Assembly (NCBI GenBank): GCA_012295275.1
Contig: CM022671.1
Span: forward strand, 9,982,001-10,046,000
Length of the DNA: 64,000 nucleotides
Direction of reading: 5' to 3'
Source of the DNA: Chrysomallon squamiferum
Lineage: Eukaryota > Animalia > Mollusca
Below the pieces are notes generated by a model. The model had not been told where the DNA came from. It ran no database searches and was given only the letters and a program-made list of their open reading frames with translations. Position 1 is the first letter of the stretch, and each line of letters starts with the position of its first letter. A program made the position numbers and the translations under genes. Below are positions 27,901-42,612 of the stretch, piece after piece.

Positions 27901-30900
27901 CCTCCCTTATGCGAGAAGTGTTCACTTCTATATTTAGAGTTACTTTCCCTATGTGAGATGTATTCACTGGTATTTAGAGTCGCCTCCCCTATGTGACATG
28001 TGTTCACTGGTATAACTAGAGTTGCCTCCCCTATGTGAGATGTGTTCACTGGTATATTTGGAGTGGCCTCCCTTATGTGAGATGTGTTCACTGGTATTAA
28101 GAAAATAAGATAGAAAACTCGAATACAAAAGCTCAACAAAATAATCAGTGAAAGCAGAGTGTTTAAACTGATTAAAGTATTTCATAAATAAATAATAAAG
28201 AAATGGTAACACGTAGAAAAAAGAAGGAAGGATGGAATGAAAGATAGGAAATAAAAGATGGAAAAGAGAGAAAGAAAAGAAAGAAAGAAAGATAGAAAAG
28301 AAAAGAAGGAAAGAAAGAAAGAAAATATTGAAACAGCTTAAAGAATGAACAAAAATGAATAAGAAAAGAAAACAAAAATCTAAGGAAACAGAACAAAGAG
28401 TGGTACTATTTAAACGCAGCATTCTTTTCAGATTTTATTAATGATAAAATATAAAATGGTATGTGGACTGCATTGATTATCAGGATAAGAATTTACATAC
28501 TAAATTCATTTGATTACTGAGAAAGAAAACAGAGAATACTGACTGACTGAAGAAAAAATAAATAAATAAAAGCTTATGCGAAATACGTTCACTGATATAT
28601 TTAGAATCGCCTCCCTTATGCGAGAAGTGTTCACTTCTATATTCAGAGTTACTTTCCCTATGTGAGATGTGTTCACTGGTATATTTTGAGTCGCCTCCCT
28701 TATGTGAGATGTGTTCACTGGTATTTAGAGTCACCTCCCCTATGTGATATGTGTTCACTGGTATATTTGGAGTGGCCTCCCTTATGTGAGATGTGTTCAC
28801 TGGTATTTAGAGTCACCTCCCTTATGTGAGATGTGTTCACTGGTATTTAGAGTCACCTCCCCTATGTGATATGTGTTCACTGGTATATTTGGAGTGGCCT
28901 CCCTTATGTGAGATGTGTTCACTGGTATTTAGAGTCACCTCCCTTATGTGAGATGTGTTCACTGGTATTTTGAGTCGCCTCCCTTATGTGAGATGTGTTC
29001 ACTGGTATATTTGGAGTGGCCTCCCTTATGTGAGATGTGTTCACTGGTATTAAGAAAATAAGATTTTCCTCCTTGATTATTCAGGATAAAACGAATATAT
29101 TCTTACATAGCGTTATCTACCCTTGTTACTGTTTATACTTTGATTATTCAGAAAGGGGAGATAACTCCATCCCTGAATTTATTCGTTTTCATATTAAAGG
29201 GACGTAACTCTATTTGCGAATATATTCGCTTGTGACTATTTGTAAGGGATATTTTGTTTAATATAATAAATAAAATAAGTCAAATCAAAAAAATGAAAAA
29301 GATAAATTATCAGTTTTCATTAAGTATATATATAATTAAATTTTAAGACTATATATTAAATTATTAAATAATTGATAATTTTGATAATAATATTAAACGA
29401 AAAATAACAAATAATGGCATAATGAATCAATAATAAATTTATTATTACATTAAATATTTTCACAAACATTGATGAATCTTCTATTCAGATATTTCCACAA
29501 ATTGATTTCATATCAAGTAATTCTGATAAACCCTTTTATAATGTAAGAAAGGAGAGATAACTCCATCCGAGATAGTATTCGTTTTTTCATATTAAAGGGA
29601 AATAACTATTTGTGAATATATTCGCTGGTAACTATTATTAAGAAATATTTTATTTAATATAATAAATATTCATTTGTTACTCCTTTTACCATCGGACAAA
29701 AGTATAGTGTAGAAAACAATTCTTGTACTTTTAAGTTTTCACTATCCTTATCATATTTCAAGTTCAGAGTTATATCAAAATGTAAATTTTCTTTTTGTAA
29801 ATTTTAGATTTCAACAAATTAGATATTTTCAACATTGAATTATTATTATTAATATAAAAAAAAAATGTTATTTACCTTTTATATATTGATATACTAATAT
29901 AACAAATAAAGAACATCCTATAAATATTTCCATCTGATCTATAATTTTAATGTAAAAATCAATCATTATTTAAAATACTTATCAAATGATTAAACAGTGT
30001 CCACTAATTAAATTCAATTAAATTATTGGATTCCATTGGTTGAAAACACACCTGAACATTAATCACAAGCGAATATATTGACATATAGAGTTATCTCCCT
30101 TTAGCATGAAAACGAATAACCTCTCGGATAGAGTTATCTCCTTTTGTAGCATTTTTCTGCTTGATTATTCAGGTTATAACGAACATATTCTTATATAGAG
30201 TTATCTCCCTTTAGCATGAAAACGAATAACCTATCGGATAGAGTTATCTCCCCTTCGTTGCATTTTTTCTGCTTGATTATTCAGGTTAAAACGAACATAT
30301 TCTTATATAGAGTTATCTTCCTTTAGCATGAAAACGAATAACCTCTCGGATAGAGGTATCTCCCCTTCGTTGCATTTTTCTGCTTGATTATTCAGGTTAA
30401 AACGAACATATTCTTATATAGAGTTATCTCCCTTTAGCATGAAAACGAATAACCTCTCGGATAGAGTTATCTCCCTTTGTTGCATTATTGAAACAGCTTA
30501 AAGAATGAACAAAAATGAAAAAATGAATAAAAAAAGAAAAATCTAAGGAAACAGAACGAAACTATTTAAACGGAGCATTCTTTTCAGACTTTATTCATAA
30601 TAAAATATAAAATCGTATGTGGACTGCATTGATTATCATGATAGGAATTTCCATACTGAATTTCTTTATTTGATTACTGACAAAGAAAACAGAGAATACT
30701 GACTGACTGAAGAAAAAATAAATAAATAAAAGCTTATGCGAAATATGTTCACTGGTATATTTAGAATCGCCTCCCTTATGTGAGAAGTGTTCACTTCTAT
30801 ATTTAGAGTTACTTTCCCTATGTGAGATGTGTTCACTGGTATATTTAGAGTCGCCTCCCTTATGTGAGATGTGTTCACTGGTATTTAGAGTCACCTCCCC

Positions 30901-33900
30901 TATGTGATATGTGTTCACTGGTATATTTGGAGTGGCCTCCCTTATGTGAGATGTGTTCACTGGTATTTAGAGTCACCTCCCCTATGTGTTATGTGTTCAC
31001 TGGTATATTTGGAGTGGTCTCCCTTATGTGAGATGTGTTCACTGGTATTTAGAGTCACCTCCCTTATGTGAGATGTGTTCACTGGTATTTTGAGTCGCCT
31101 CCCTTATGTGAGATGTGTTCACTGGTATATTTGGAGTGGCCTCCCTTATGTGAGATGTGTTCACTGGTATTAAGAAAATAAGATAGAAAGCTCCAACACA
31201 AAAGCTCAAATAAATAATCAGTGAGAGAAGAGTGTTTAAACTGATTAAAGTATTTCATAAATAAATAATAAAGAAATGGTAGCACGTAGAAAAAAGAAGG
31301 AAGAATGGAATGAAAGATAGGAAATAAAAGATGGAAAAGAAAAAAGAAATGAAAGAAAGGAAGATCGAAAAGAAAGAAGGACAGAAAGAAAAGAAAGAAG
31401 GAAAGAAAGAAAGGAAGAAAATATTGAAGCAGCTTAAAGAATGAACAAAAATGAATAAAAAAGAAAAGAACTAACTTAACAGAATGAAGCGTGGTACTAT
31501 TTAAATGCAGCATTCTTTTAACTTTTATTCATAATAAAATATAAAATCGTATGTGGACTGCATTGATTAGCAGGATAACAATTTCCATACTGAAGAAAAA
31601 ATAAATAAATAAAAGCTTATGCGAAATATGTTCACTGATATATTTAGAGTAGCCTCCCTTATGCGAGAAGTGTTCACTTCTATATTTAGAGTTACTTTCC
31701 CTATGTGAGATGTATTCACTGGTATTTAGAGTCGCCTCCCCTATGTGACATGTGTTCACTGGTATAACTAGAGTTGCCTCCCCTATGTGAGATGTGTTCA
31801 CTGGTATATTTGGAGTGGCCTCCCTTATGTGAGATGTGTTCACTGGTATTAAGAAAATAAGATAGAAAACTCGAATACAAAAGCTCAACAAAATAATCAG
31901 TGAAAGCAGAGTGTTTAAACTGATTAAAGTATTTCATAAATAAATAATAAAGAAATGGTAACACGTAGAAAAAAGAAGGAAGGATGGAATGAAAGATAGG
32001 AAATAAAAGATGGAAAAGAGAGAAAGAAAAGAAAGAAAGAAAGATAGAAAAGAAAGAAGGAAAGAAAGAAAGAAAATATTGAAACAGCTTAAAGAATGAA
32101 CAAAAATGAATAAGAAAAGAAAACAAAAATCTAAGGAAACAGAACAAAGAGTGGTACTATTTAAACGCAGCATTCTTTTCAGATTTTATTAATGATAAAA
32201 TATAAAATGGTATGTGGACTGCATTGATTATCAGGATAAGAATTTACATACTAAATTCATTTGATTACTGAGAAAGAAAACAGAGAATACTGACTGACTG
32301 AAGAAAAAATAAATAAATAAAAGCTTATGCGAAATACGTTCACTGATATATTTAGAATCGCCTCCCTTATGCGAGAAGTGTTCACTTCTATATTCAGAGT
32401 TACTTTCCCTATGTGAGATGTGTTCACTGGTATATTTAGAGTCGCCTCCCTTATGTGAGATGTGTTCACTGGTATTTAGAGTCACCTCCCCTATGTGATA
32501 TGTGTTCACTGGTATATTTGGAGTGGCCTCCCTTATGTGAGATGTGTTCACTGGTATTTAGAGTTACTTTCCCTATGTGATATGTGTTCACTGGTATATT
32601 TGGAGTGGCCTCCCTTATGTGAGATGTGTTCACTGGTATTTAGAGTCACCTCCCTTATGTGAGATGTGTTCACTGGTATTTTGAGTCGCCTCCCTTATGT
32701 GAGATGTGTTCACTGGTATATTTGGAGTGGCCTCCCTTATGTGAGATGTGTTCACTGGTATTAAGAAAATAAGATAGAAAGCTCGAATACAAAAGGTCCC
32801 TAAATAATCATTTTGTAGATGTGTTATTCAGGTTATAACTATTCTTATATAGAGTTATCTCCCTTTAGCATGAAAACGAATAACCTCTCGGATAGAGTTA
32901 TCTCCCCTTTGTTGCATTTTTCTCCTTGATTATTCAGGTTAAAACGAACATATTCTTATATAGAGTTATCTCCCTTTAGCATGAAAACGAATAACCTCTC
33001 GGATAGTTATCTCCCCTTTGTTGCATTTTTCTGCTTGATTATTCAGGTTAAAACGAACATATTCTTATATAGAGTTATCTCCCTTTAGCATGAAAACGAA
33101 TAACCTCTCGGATAGAGTTATCTCCCTTTGTTGCATTTTCCTCCTTGATTATTCAGGATAAAACGAATATATTCTTACATAGCGTTATCTACCCTTGTTA
33201 CTGTTTATACTTTGATTATTCAGAAAGGGGAGATAACTCCATCCCTGAATTTATTCGTTTTCATATTAAAGGGACGTAACTCTATTTGCGAATATATTCG
33301 CTTGTGACTATTAGTAAGGGATATTTTGTTTAATATAATAAATAAAATAAGTCAAATCAAAAAAATGAAAAAGATAAATTATCACTTTTCATTAAGTATA
33401 TATATAATTAAATTTTAAGACTATATATTAAATTATTAAATAATTGATAATTTTGATAATAATATTAAACGAAAAATAACAAATAATGGCATAATGAATC
33501 AATAATAAATTTATTATTACATTAAATATTTTCACAAACATTGATGAATCTTCTATTCAGATATTTCCACAAATTGATTTCATATCAAGTAATTCTGATA
33601 AACCCTTTTATAATGTAAGAAAGGAGAGATAACTCCATCCGAGATAGTATTCGTTTTCATATTAAAGGGAAATAACTCTATTTGTGAATATATTCGCTGG
33701 TAACTATTATTAAGAAATATTTTATTTAATATAATAAATATTCATTTGTTACTCCTTTTACCATCGGACAAAAGTATAGTGTAGAAAACAATTCTTGTAC
33801 TTTTAAGTTTTCACTATCCTTATCATATTTCAAGTTCAGAGTTATATCAAAATGTAAATTTTCTTTTTGTAAATTTTAGATTTCAACAAATTAGATATTT

Positions 33901-34345
33901 TCAACATTGAATTATTATTATTAATATAAAAAAAAAATGTTATTTACCTTTTATATATTGATATACTAATATAACAAATAAAGAACATCCTATAAATATT
34001 TCCATCTGATCTATAATTTTAATGTAAAAATCAATCATTATTTAAAATACTTATCAAATGATTAAACAGTGTCCACTAATTAAATTCAATTAAATTATTG
34101 GATTCCATTGGTTGAAAACACACCTGAACATTAATCACAAGCGAATATATTGACATATAGAGTTATCTCCCTTTAGCATGAAAACGAATAACCTCTCGGA
34201 TAGAATTATCTCCCCTTTGTTGCGGTTTTCTGCTTGATTATTCAGGTTAAAACGAATATATTCTTACATGGAGTTATCTACCCTTGTTACTGTTTAAATT
34301 CTGGGATGGAGTCATCTCCCCTTTCTGAATAATCAAAGTATATTC
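18950..34345. repeat. composite higher-order tandem repeat (112-bp A arrays, 40/42-bp B arrays, AT-rich spacer blocks)
   Basis: A unit tatagagttatctccctttagcatgaaaacgaataacctctcggatagagttatctcccc...; B unit atgtgagatgtgttcactggta(ta)tttagagtcrcctccctt. A marker string recurs at ~21431, 26838, 30589 (periods ~5.4 kb and ~3.75 kb); copies are nearly identical. Confidence 0.95.
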
Positions 34346-35159
34346 TTTTTCTTTGTATGTTTTTCTTTTTACACTAAATATGAATTAAATATAAAAATCC
34401 CAAAACCTAGAAACAAACAAAAATGAACCATTAAAAAAAGAAAAGAATAACAAACAATGATATAGAAAAAAATGTAAATAGTGATAATTGTGATTATATG
34501 TATTGTGATCAAATATGTATTGATACATATGGCTCAACAATTCTCTTAATATAAACAACAAAATTATATATAGACTGTTTTGTATAATGCACGACTATGC
34601 AATTGTAGTCATTATGATGATACTGTGACAGAAAATAATTTGTGCTCTCTTACATATGGTTATCATAACATCATATCAATACTAAATTATACAAGTTAAT
34701 TTTATCTTCCATCAAGTAACATTGAAAAATTAGTCACAATACTATTATCACAGTACATAACAATTTGAGATATATAAAAAAAGCATATAATAAATTATTC
34801 ATGACAATTTAAGAACATTTGAAATGAAAAATACCAAAACATCTTCTGATGCTTTTTCATGGAGTAAAAGTTATAAAGGTGTATGTCGTTATTAATCTTG
34901 TTGCCCCTGCTTAAACACTAAAATTTTAAACACAGTTCTTATGTCACATTTAAACAAGAAGCATCCTATATATATTAACAACAATATGAAAATGTATAGA
35001 TAGGTCTATACAAAATAATTATCAAAATATTAATTAAACTTATAAAGAATAAACAAAATAAGAATAATAAAGATAAAGAAAGTGACAGCACTGCTTTCAA
35101 GGAAGGGAATGTATTTTATATTTGTACTGCAGCTCTTTGCTTTGACTTATCAGCAAACA

Positions 35160-36550
35160 TTAACAACTTCTGGACATGGGATCAAGTTCTCCTCGGAACT
35201 GAAGAACAGCTTTCACTACTGCCCCAGGTCTATCCATGAAAACTGAGTGACCACACTGGTCAATAATATCCACGCGTTGGCAGTTACGAAGATGTTTCTC
35301 CAGCAACTGCAGACCACTTGGGTGTATCACCTGCAACACAATATCCTCAATATATTAATATAACGTGAAAATGTTGCATGTATGAGAATAAAAATATTTA
35401 TTTAATTCTACATATGCAAGTATAACTAAACAGGTGTACACTATTCTATATAATTTTAGGAAATAATTATAATTCAATTTGTACTTAAAATTAAGATAAT
35501 ATAATTCTTATACACTGTTAATAACCATAAGATGAATTACTTAAAATAAGAAATTATTATTTATTCTGTTCTTAATCTGAACACAATTATTTATATTAAT
35601 GAAATGCACATAGGCAACATGAGCTAGAAGTTCAGTCTAAAACATGAAATGAAATAAATACAAAGTAAAGTAAAATGAAATAAATATGAAATAAAATGAA
35701 ATATAAATACAAAGTAAAATGAAATGAAACAAATATAAAATGAAATAAATATGAAATAAAATTCAAATGAAATAAATATAAAGTAAAAAGCAAATTAAGT
35801 CAAAAACAATATTTCAAACAATTATGATCGCTGATAAAATTCATGAAAAATACTGTCCAGAATCCCATTGAAATAAGTGAAGCCAAATTCAAATTAGCTA
35901 AAGAAATACTGATGAAAAAAGAAAAATACAAATGACAGAACGTTTAACACTGTTTTGAAGGAAAGTTCTTAAGTCACATTGTTTACTGATGTTTAAATAC
36001 CTTACTCCTTTGGAAATGAACACTGGTTTGTTTTTTGTTTTTTGTGGGTTTTTTTACTAGTTTAAAAGGCAAATGAATCTACTACCATTTCATGTATACT
36101 GTAATAAAATAATTACAGTGTATATAAGATGACAAATTCATTAAAATTCACTGGCAATATATATATTATTTCACTAGGATTGTTGTAATAAGGATCAAAA
36201 AGACAGTACAAAACAAGGTTAACATACAAAATAGTTACATGCAGTAAAATGTTAATAAAGACTTAAAACAGTTATGTGTAGTTTACATGGAGCCAACACA
36301 GTGTATTAGTAATTCATGCAGCTAGAATAAGATGGTTAAATAAACATATTAACTTGATAAATTACCTGGTCATGTTTGCCCCACATTAGATGAGTTGGCA
36401 TGGTCAGTTTCTGAACAAGTTCTTCTAACAGTTTCTTGTTGTCGACAGATGACAACTTTTTAAATACTGAAAAAAAAGAGAAAAAAAAATGAAATAAATA
36501 ACAATAATATTTTGCATAGAAATTGTTTTATGAAAAAGTAATAAATAATG

Positions 36551-36586
<36 letters not shown>

Positions 36587-39500
36587 TTTTAGTTTCATGA
36601 TATATATTTTCATCAAAATAATTTTTAATTTAATCATAAAGTTTATTACAAACGACATTGTCATAAATAAAAAAAACATTCTGAAGCAGACCAATATTTA
36701 AACAAATGATCATATGGAAAATGTTTTGTTTGTATTAAATTTGCCAAAAAAAAAAAATGAAATAATAATAATATGCAAATACTGTAACTGTGATAGCAAA
36801 GAAAAATAAATGAATGTGACCCTAAAAAGTTTTCTACATATTTAAGCATCAAGCATAATGACAACTTGACAGCTGCAACAGTTTTTAACACTACAGCTAA
36901 ATATTTTTAATATGCATCTTTCCATATACAAAAAAACAAATCAGTCATGGTGCACTCACTGAAAGGAAAATGACCAGTGAGTGAATTTTGCAGACTGATC
37001 TTTCAGCCCGTCACATCTAGACAATTTCTGTCACTACTATTCCAAGAAAGATCATTTATTATCCACAACATTTACCTTTCAGAAAATAAGCATTCTGTCT
37101 CTTTCTTAGATCAACAAATCCCTTAAGTATCTGCAAAGTAGTATTTCTGAATTTGAATAATTTGTATGAATTATTAATTAAAATAGCAAAAATTAGCTAC
37201 TCACTCATCCATTAGACAATTTGAGTATTATCCTTTCAGTTGCTGATCTCTATTCCAATTTATCATTTTAAATAAATTATAACTTAATTTATGTAATTTA
37301 TATATTATAAATTTTAAATAATTTTAAATAATTTTAAATATTAATTAGTTGGTTAAACAGTTGCAAAATGAAAGAGTACAACTACATGAATCTTATAAAT
37401 ATTAAAATCAATCTACATTTACCTGTTTGTCAATCTTGGTTTTGTGGTACACACACATGTTGATCATGTTCTGCAGAGACTGGGGATCTTGTGGAAGGAG
37501 GGAACAGTCATTAACTGTAAACTCATCTCCCTTCTCTATGGCCTTGTCCACTTCCTTGAAAAAATCAGTTTCTGTTGGTGTTTTCACTATAAACATAAAG
37601 AAAACCATGAACAAAAATAAAAATATGTTTGTTATGTACCATGTCTGATCCAAACATAAAGGTAGTATATCTAAATTAACAAACAAGAATGATTTTCTCT
37701 TTCTGGGGAGAAGAAAAGTAAAAAACAAGACAGGTGGAGTTGATTTACCTAATTATTATTATTATTTAAAAAACCAAAAAAGAAATAAAATAAAATAAAC
37801 AGCTAAATAATAAATAATAATAAATAAACAGCTGTCTATGGAGACCATTTAGATTTTTATCTCAGTACATTAAAATATAATTTACGACAACAAAAATAAA
37901 CATTTTGAAAAGACTCACTTGCAGGGCAGATCAGGGTGAGTCGTTCAATTTGTTCTGGATACCGTGCTGCATATAGACCAGATATTGCCCCACCCAGAGA
38001 TGTTCCTATCAAGTGGAATGGTGCTTTGTCTAGGCCAACAAGTTCTATAAACTGGAAAGATAAAATATCCAGCAAGTTAGAGCCATCAACAACAATGGAA
38101 AGAATAATAAAATATTAAAATAATAATAATAATAATAAAATAAGATATGATAAAAATAAGATAAGATAAGATATAAAATAAAACAAAACAAAACAAAATA
38201 AAATAAAAAATAGAACTGAACTGAAATAATACTAAAAGACACATATACACCTACAATTAAAAGCTATTGGTTCATACCTTATGGATTCTCTCCAAGAAGA
38301 GGTCAAAACATATTTCCTCATTTTCACCTGGGGTGGATGATGCCCCATGACCAGGCAGATCTAATGCAATGAGATGTATATCACTGGACAGCTTCTGAAA
38401 CAGGTAATAATAAAGATTTAATTTGTTCCTTGACCAAGCTAGTAACTCAATTTGTTCATATATCAAATCAATTTTCCAAACTGAAATTAACTGAAATACC
38501 ATTAATCCATTCCAGCCCCCAAAAACCACCCCATTTATTTGGTAATGTGTTTTTAAAATATTGAATAAAAACAAAATAAAAGAGAATGTAAAGAAAGAAA
38601 TTGGTTTTGTAAAGTGTATTTATCTTGGAGATCAGACAAACTATTTTAATGACTTTGGCTGACGTTACAGCCTTTATTGATTCATTCTGCTTCAGTATGG
38701 TACATATCATAAAATTACTACACTGGAGCTGTCTAGCCAAGTTGACTACATGCACATCTCACTCATGTTTCTCTTTGCTTTCATGCTTTAATTCAATGGA
38801 CATTATCTACTTCTTCTTCTCAGCACTGTCCTTTGCACTCACTTTCTTATGATCCATGGTAGGCAAAACAAAATTTGGCAATATACTGCACAAAATGCAA
38901 ACACAACTCAAAGGGTCATTCCATGTCAAATCACCCCCCAAAAAAAAGAAAATTTAAACCCATCCGTCTCAGATTTTTATGAAACTTGGTATACTTGTTG
39001 ACTGAGATCCCACAGCACCAAATCTGAAATTTTAGGCCAATCAGACAAGTGATGTTGGAGATATGGCCCACCGAATTTTGAGATTTTTGGCAAAAATGGG
39101 TGCGACCACCAACCTTTGAACCATCATATCTTGGGAACTACTGGGCCAATCTTCATAAAATTGGTATTGTTGAAAAGGCAATATGACAAGGATTCCAAAT
39201 CTGCCATTATTGTTCAGTTTGGAAAAATTTGGGGGTCACTGACCTTTTGACCTTTGTTATGACCTTGAAATAACCATGTGGATCACATGACCTTGAGATG
39301 ACTTATATTGAAATTTAATCTCCCACATGTTAACTAAAGCATATAAAAGTTTCCTGGGTGTAATATTTTTTATTTAGCCACAATAGAGATTTAAAAAATG
39401 CACATACATGAAAATAACACCTTTTCAGCCATTAACATCTGATTAACTAAATGCTAGGATGCTAGGAATCACCATCTCTCTTGATCACTGAGTAAGACAT

Positions 39501-42500
39501 TGTAGGCCTACATGTATGCATAAAGTTCACATAAATTTGAGAGAACTAGGTGTTTCTGATGTTTAACCTTCTCACCATCTTTGTTTCAAATGCTCACTTA
39601 TCCTTCATTCCCAGACACATTCTACTGTTCTCGTCACTTTCGTAAAATTGGACTATTTCCTCCTTCAATTCATTTGACAGAACTTTCCCTTGTTTCTTAT
39701 CACAGAGGGATAGAACCCCTTTCTCTTTCTTAACCACACGGCTTTTTTTTTTTCACAAGGTAATTTGTTGTTTCAAATTCATTCATTGTCCTTTCAATGG
39801 TAAAGGGTGACAAAGTCAAGACTTGCACACGATCTGGGTAGGATTTGGTCTTGTTGAATTTCTCTTTTAACTCCAACATGTTCCTGAAAAAATGAAGGTC
39901 CGATTTTTCTGATGGGTCACTTTCAGGAGAATGAAGCGGAATATCATAGACTGTTTCAAGATATCGTTTTAATGTTACTGTACCTGATTTTTTCTGTCCT
40001 TTCATTCGTTTACTGGAACGTGCTAGTGAATGGAGTTTAACAGGAGTTTCTCCTAAACTTGACAGGATAGAATTAAAATCAAAGTCCTTTTCTGGGGAAA
40101 CAACAACCAGTGGTTTGTCTGACAAGTTATCATCAAATTCTCCCATAGTAATGCCACCCATACTAAAGCCATCCTCTGCAGGGTTTTGAACCTTTGATTT
40201 TTGAAGGCTAATCAAACAGTCACAGTGCAACTTGTCTCCTGGCACTAGTGTCTTTGGCTTCACTAAGCATTTGTAAGTGCCCATGCTAACAATTCTTAAA
40301 GATCTAGTGCATGCTTGCTTAGGATGGTGATTAAGGAGATCACAATTCTTTTTTGATAATGTTGAAAACTTTATTAAAAGTTCTTGTTCATGATGTGAAC
40401 AGATACTCTTGATGTCCCGTGTTTTGATCCCACTTTGAAGAGTGAGGAGTTAGACTTCCTCAGTTTTCCATACACTTCGCAACAACTCCTTTTTGGTATG
40501 ATAGTGTTGATAACACACATTTTCAGGAGAGTAAAAGCTGCAGTTAGTCCTGGAAGAAATAAGGATTTTCAATATTGCCTGCACCTTCAATTCAATGGAA
40601 CAAAGTCAGTGCTCTCCTAAATATCAAATAAAACCCTGAAACCCTTTCAGTAAAGTAAAGCAGGTCATAAAATGGCAGCAGAGTACATATGTCTTCGCCA
40701 ACGGCATTTAGGTCAAACTTTTCAAGTATAAATCACAGTTTATCAAGGTGAAGGTAGACCTTGTTCATACTCTGTTCTGAAGACTGGGTGTACAAATACA
40801 TTATGCAGTACATCACTTGATGAAGTCTGATTTCAGACTGGGTTGTACTGTTGTTGAACAAAACCATTGGCAAGGCCACCTGACATGATAAAATGACTTA
40901 ATAGGTTTTATGAAGAAAACATAATGTTTACATATCAACATCTGACATTGTGTCCAACTTGAAAACTTCAGACTGTCAAAGAAATGCAGATGAAGAAACT
41001 TCTTTGTCTTAAACTTGTAATTGCAACGTGCTCAATGGGGATTTCACCAGGGGATTTCAAGGATCCTAACATGCCTGTTAACCCTTTGAGACTGATTGTG
41101 TAGAACATATCATGCCATTTGGCATCTTTTCATATCCTTCAGGCATTCCTTCAGACATGTCAGGGGGGTTTTAACTCCAAAGATGAGCTTTTGGTCTCAG
41201 AGAAAATGTACATTGTAATGCATTTATCAATCATCCATGCAGGTATGCATTTTTTAAATCTATATTGTGGCTGAACAAAAAATATTACACCCAGGAAACT
41301 TTTATATGTTTTAGTTACCATGTAGGAGATTAAATTTCAATAAAAGTCATCTCAAAGTCACGTGATCCACATAGTCAATTTCAAGGTCATAACAAAGATC
41401 AAAAAGTCAGTGACCCCCAAATTCTTGTCATTTTGCCTTTTCAACAGATTTGGTGCTGTGGGATCCCAATCAACAAGTATACCAAGTTTCATAAAAATCT
41501 GAGATGGTCAGGTTTAACCCATTGGGTGATTTGACACAGAATGACCCCAAAGCAAAACATCAACCAAGTGACTGCTTGTAACTAGGAAAATTTTGTAAGT
41601 CAAGGTACCACTGTATATATATATATATATACACACACACGTCTAAAATAAGGTAAAAATAGTTGAAAATAAAATTTTATAAAAAGTAACTGATGTTGTA
41701 CAGTGATTTGAAATAGTCACATAGGAATAATAAATTTAAATTATTGGTTAGAGTTCATTACTAAATATAAGTCAATTTACTAATTTTGTATAATTTTATG
41801 TTCTGTGATTAAACAAGTAAAATTAATAAAAGCAAACTGCATGTAATAGAAAATCAGTTTTAAACTATCAAAAGGTTTATTTCAATAATTCTAAAGGTTT
41901 CTTGAGGCCATTTCCTAAAAACATTACCATTCATCGGCTGTGTATATTTTTAATGTTAAAAATATTTAGTAATTTACAAGTGGTAAAAACCTTGAAAAAT
42001 GGAACAAACATATCCTTTGAAGCTGTGAAGCCATGAATAAGTAAAATTGATGACTTGTCCGGCATGGGGTGACCTCGCTCACCGTAGCAATAAATAAAAC
42101 CATCTTCTCCAATGTACTTGATGTTCATATGACTCATATAGCGATAAAACCTTAAAAAAAAAAAATAATAATAAATTAAAATATGCCAGTGTTATAATGC
42201 TAAAATATGTAAATAATATATTTTCATAATGTAAATATTATTGTACAGTTAATGTTAATATTTGTATTAATAGTTGATAAATCATCATAAATTCATCTGT
42301 CACTTAATAATTTATTTCAGAACACAACTTTATATCATGGTAAAATCAATAAAGATTCATTTCTCTTTTTATAATTTGGTTCCTAAAAGTTAAAACATTA
42401 TTCTGCCACAGCTACACTGGCAAAGAAAGTATAATTTCTGTTTATGATTTTAAAGAAATTGTTTAATAAAAAATAAATAAATATAATTTTTTTATTTAAG

Positions 42501-42612
42501 TGAAAAATGTATACCTCATACCAGCTTTCACCAGAATTTGAGGAAAGAACAAATAAAGACTAAACAACCCCACCAAAGCTGTTGCTGTGGGATAAAGAAC
42601 AAGTTGCCACAT
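35160..42612 (-). CDS. ABHD6: monoacylglycerol lipase ABHD6-like alpha/beta hydrolase, 8 coding exons, ~332 aa
   Basis: exons 42612-42515, 42150-41991, 38394-38278, 38051-37919, 37586-37423, 37130-37076, 36466-36366, 35330-35160, all GT-AG and in phase (999 nt). N-terminal TM segment (MWQLVLYPTATALVGLFSLYLFFP), HGF oxyanion motif, DLPGHG, GTSLG nucleophile, WGKHDQ (Asp), CGHS (His). Confidence 0.92.
38625..41613 (-). mobile_element. Tigger/pogo 5' remnant split by a Sola2-type insertion (pieces 41548-41613 and 38625-38912)
   Basis: TA + CAGTGGTACCTTGACTTAC terminus at 41613; decayed ORF from 38857: MDHKKVSAKDSAEKKK*IMSIELKHESKEKHE*DVHVVNLARQ...ICTILKQNESIKA, a CENP-B-type HTH N-terminus typical of Tigger. 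Confidence 0.8.
38913..41547 (-). mobile_element. Sola2-type DNA transposon, internally deleted
   Basis: GGGTC...GACCC termini; long imperfect TIRs (~38913-39410 vs ~41240-41547); 4-bp TSD CAAA (38909-38912, 41548-41551). Broken transposase (ORF 39730-40284, then frameshifted): RVQVLTLSP..FETTNYLVK, QFYESDENSRMCLGMKD, QKHLVLSNLCELY; catalytic region absent. Confidence 0.8.

Noticed and set aside
21508-32551. Repeated ORFs (NTSEHISHKGGDSK, CEMCSLVF, RCVHWYLESPP) as zinc-finger or repeat proteins
   Set aside because: They are translations of satellite monomers; the 40-bp units shift frame, and there is no splice or codon-level conservation
21590-32760. CRISPR-like look of the 40/42-bp B repeats and 112-bp A repeats
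   Set aside because: The intervening sequences are near-identical variants rather than unique spacers; no cas genes; eukaryotic context
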